Shown: positions 63,633 through 64,000 of the stretch, piece by piece
How positions within the stretch are numbered: the stretch's first letter is position 1
Layout of the letters: each line of letters opens with the position of its first letter
Assembly (NCBI GenBank): GCA_020891255.1
Contig: BQFW01000011.1
Coordinates: forward strand, 1,860,001-1,924,000
DNA length: 64,000 nt
Reading direction: 5' to 3'
DNA from: Entomortierella parvispora E1425
Taxonomy: Eukaryota > Fungi > Mortierellomycota
Notes under the pieces: generated by a model
Databases searched by the model: none
Told to the model about the DNA's origin: nothing
What the model saw: the letters and a program-made list of their open reading frames with translations, nothing else
Translations under genes and position numbers: made by a program

Positions 63633-64000
63633 AATAAAGCCCTTTATTTCCTTGAGCCTCCTTTCATTTGTTGGTACGGCATCGAAATTAATCATATGAA
63701 GCATTCAAAAACTCGAGCAGGTTTCCTCTGTTCTTTTCACGTTTCTTGTCGTTACTTGATTTCGCCACCTTCAGTTTTAACTACAGCAACAGAATAAAAA
63801 AAAAAGATGGGAAGGCTGTCAGTGCTGCATCTTTTCAAAGTGCATGAATATGTTTAATCCTCATGGGGTTTTACCTTTTTTCCTGTGATGGCGCTCCGAG
63901 GGTTATCAGAGTCGTCCGAAGAAGATGATCTACGACGATGCTTCTTGCTTTTTGACTTTTTTGATCGAGATCGAGAGCGAGAGCGAGAACGCTTCCTGTC

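Overview
Intron-rich eukaryotic DNA of about 50% GC with GT-AG introns and long poly(T) tracts. Gene content and style point to an early-diverging fungus, most like Mortierellaceae (inference). Left to right: an orphan single-pass membrane protein; two tandem ABCC/MRP transporters separated by a gene with a Tc1/IS630-derived HTH; eIF2-gamma; an intronless APH/EcKL-type kinase; a protein O-mannosyltransferase; RUS1; a secreted Kex2-repeat protein; two MCT-type MFS transporters flanking a damaged TFIIE-alpha paralog and a stomatin; dUTPase; a single-pass membrane protein; DET1; EMI1; an HVA22/REEP protein; RPF2; a 6,250-bp AcademH-type DNA transposon; and a HAD hydrolase. The transposon has TAG...CTA ends, 554-bp TIRs, a 9-bp TSD, a RecQ helicase and a transposase. 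The best novelty candidate is the secreted precursor at 30317-32005. It carries four identical KR-flanked copies of a 19-aa peptide resembling temporin B, followed by a His/Asp-rich region and an aliphatic domain. Family assignments come from motif recognition by eye; no searches were run.
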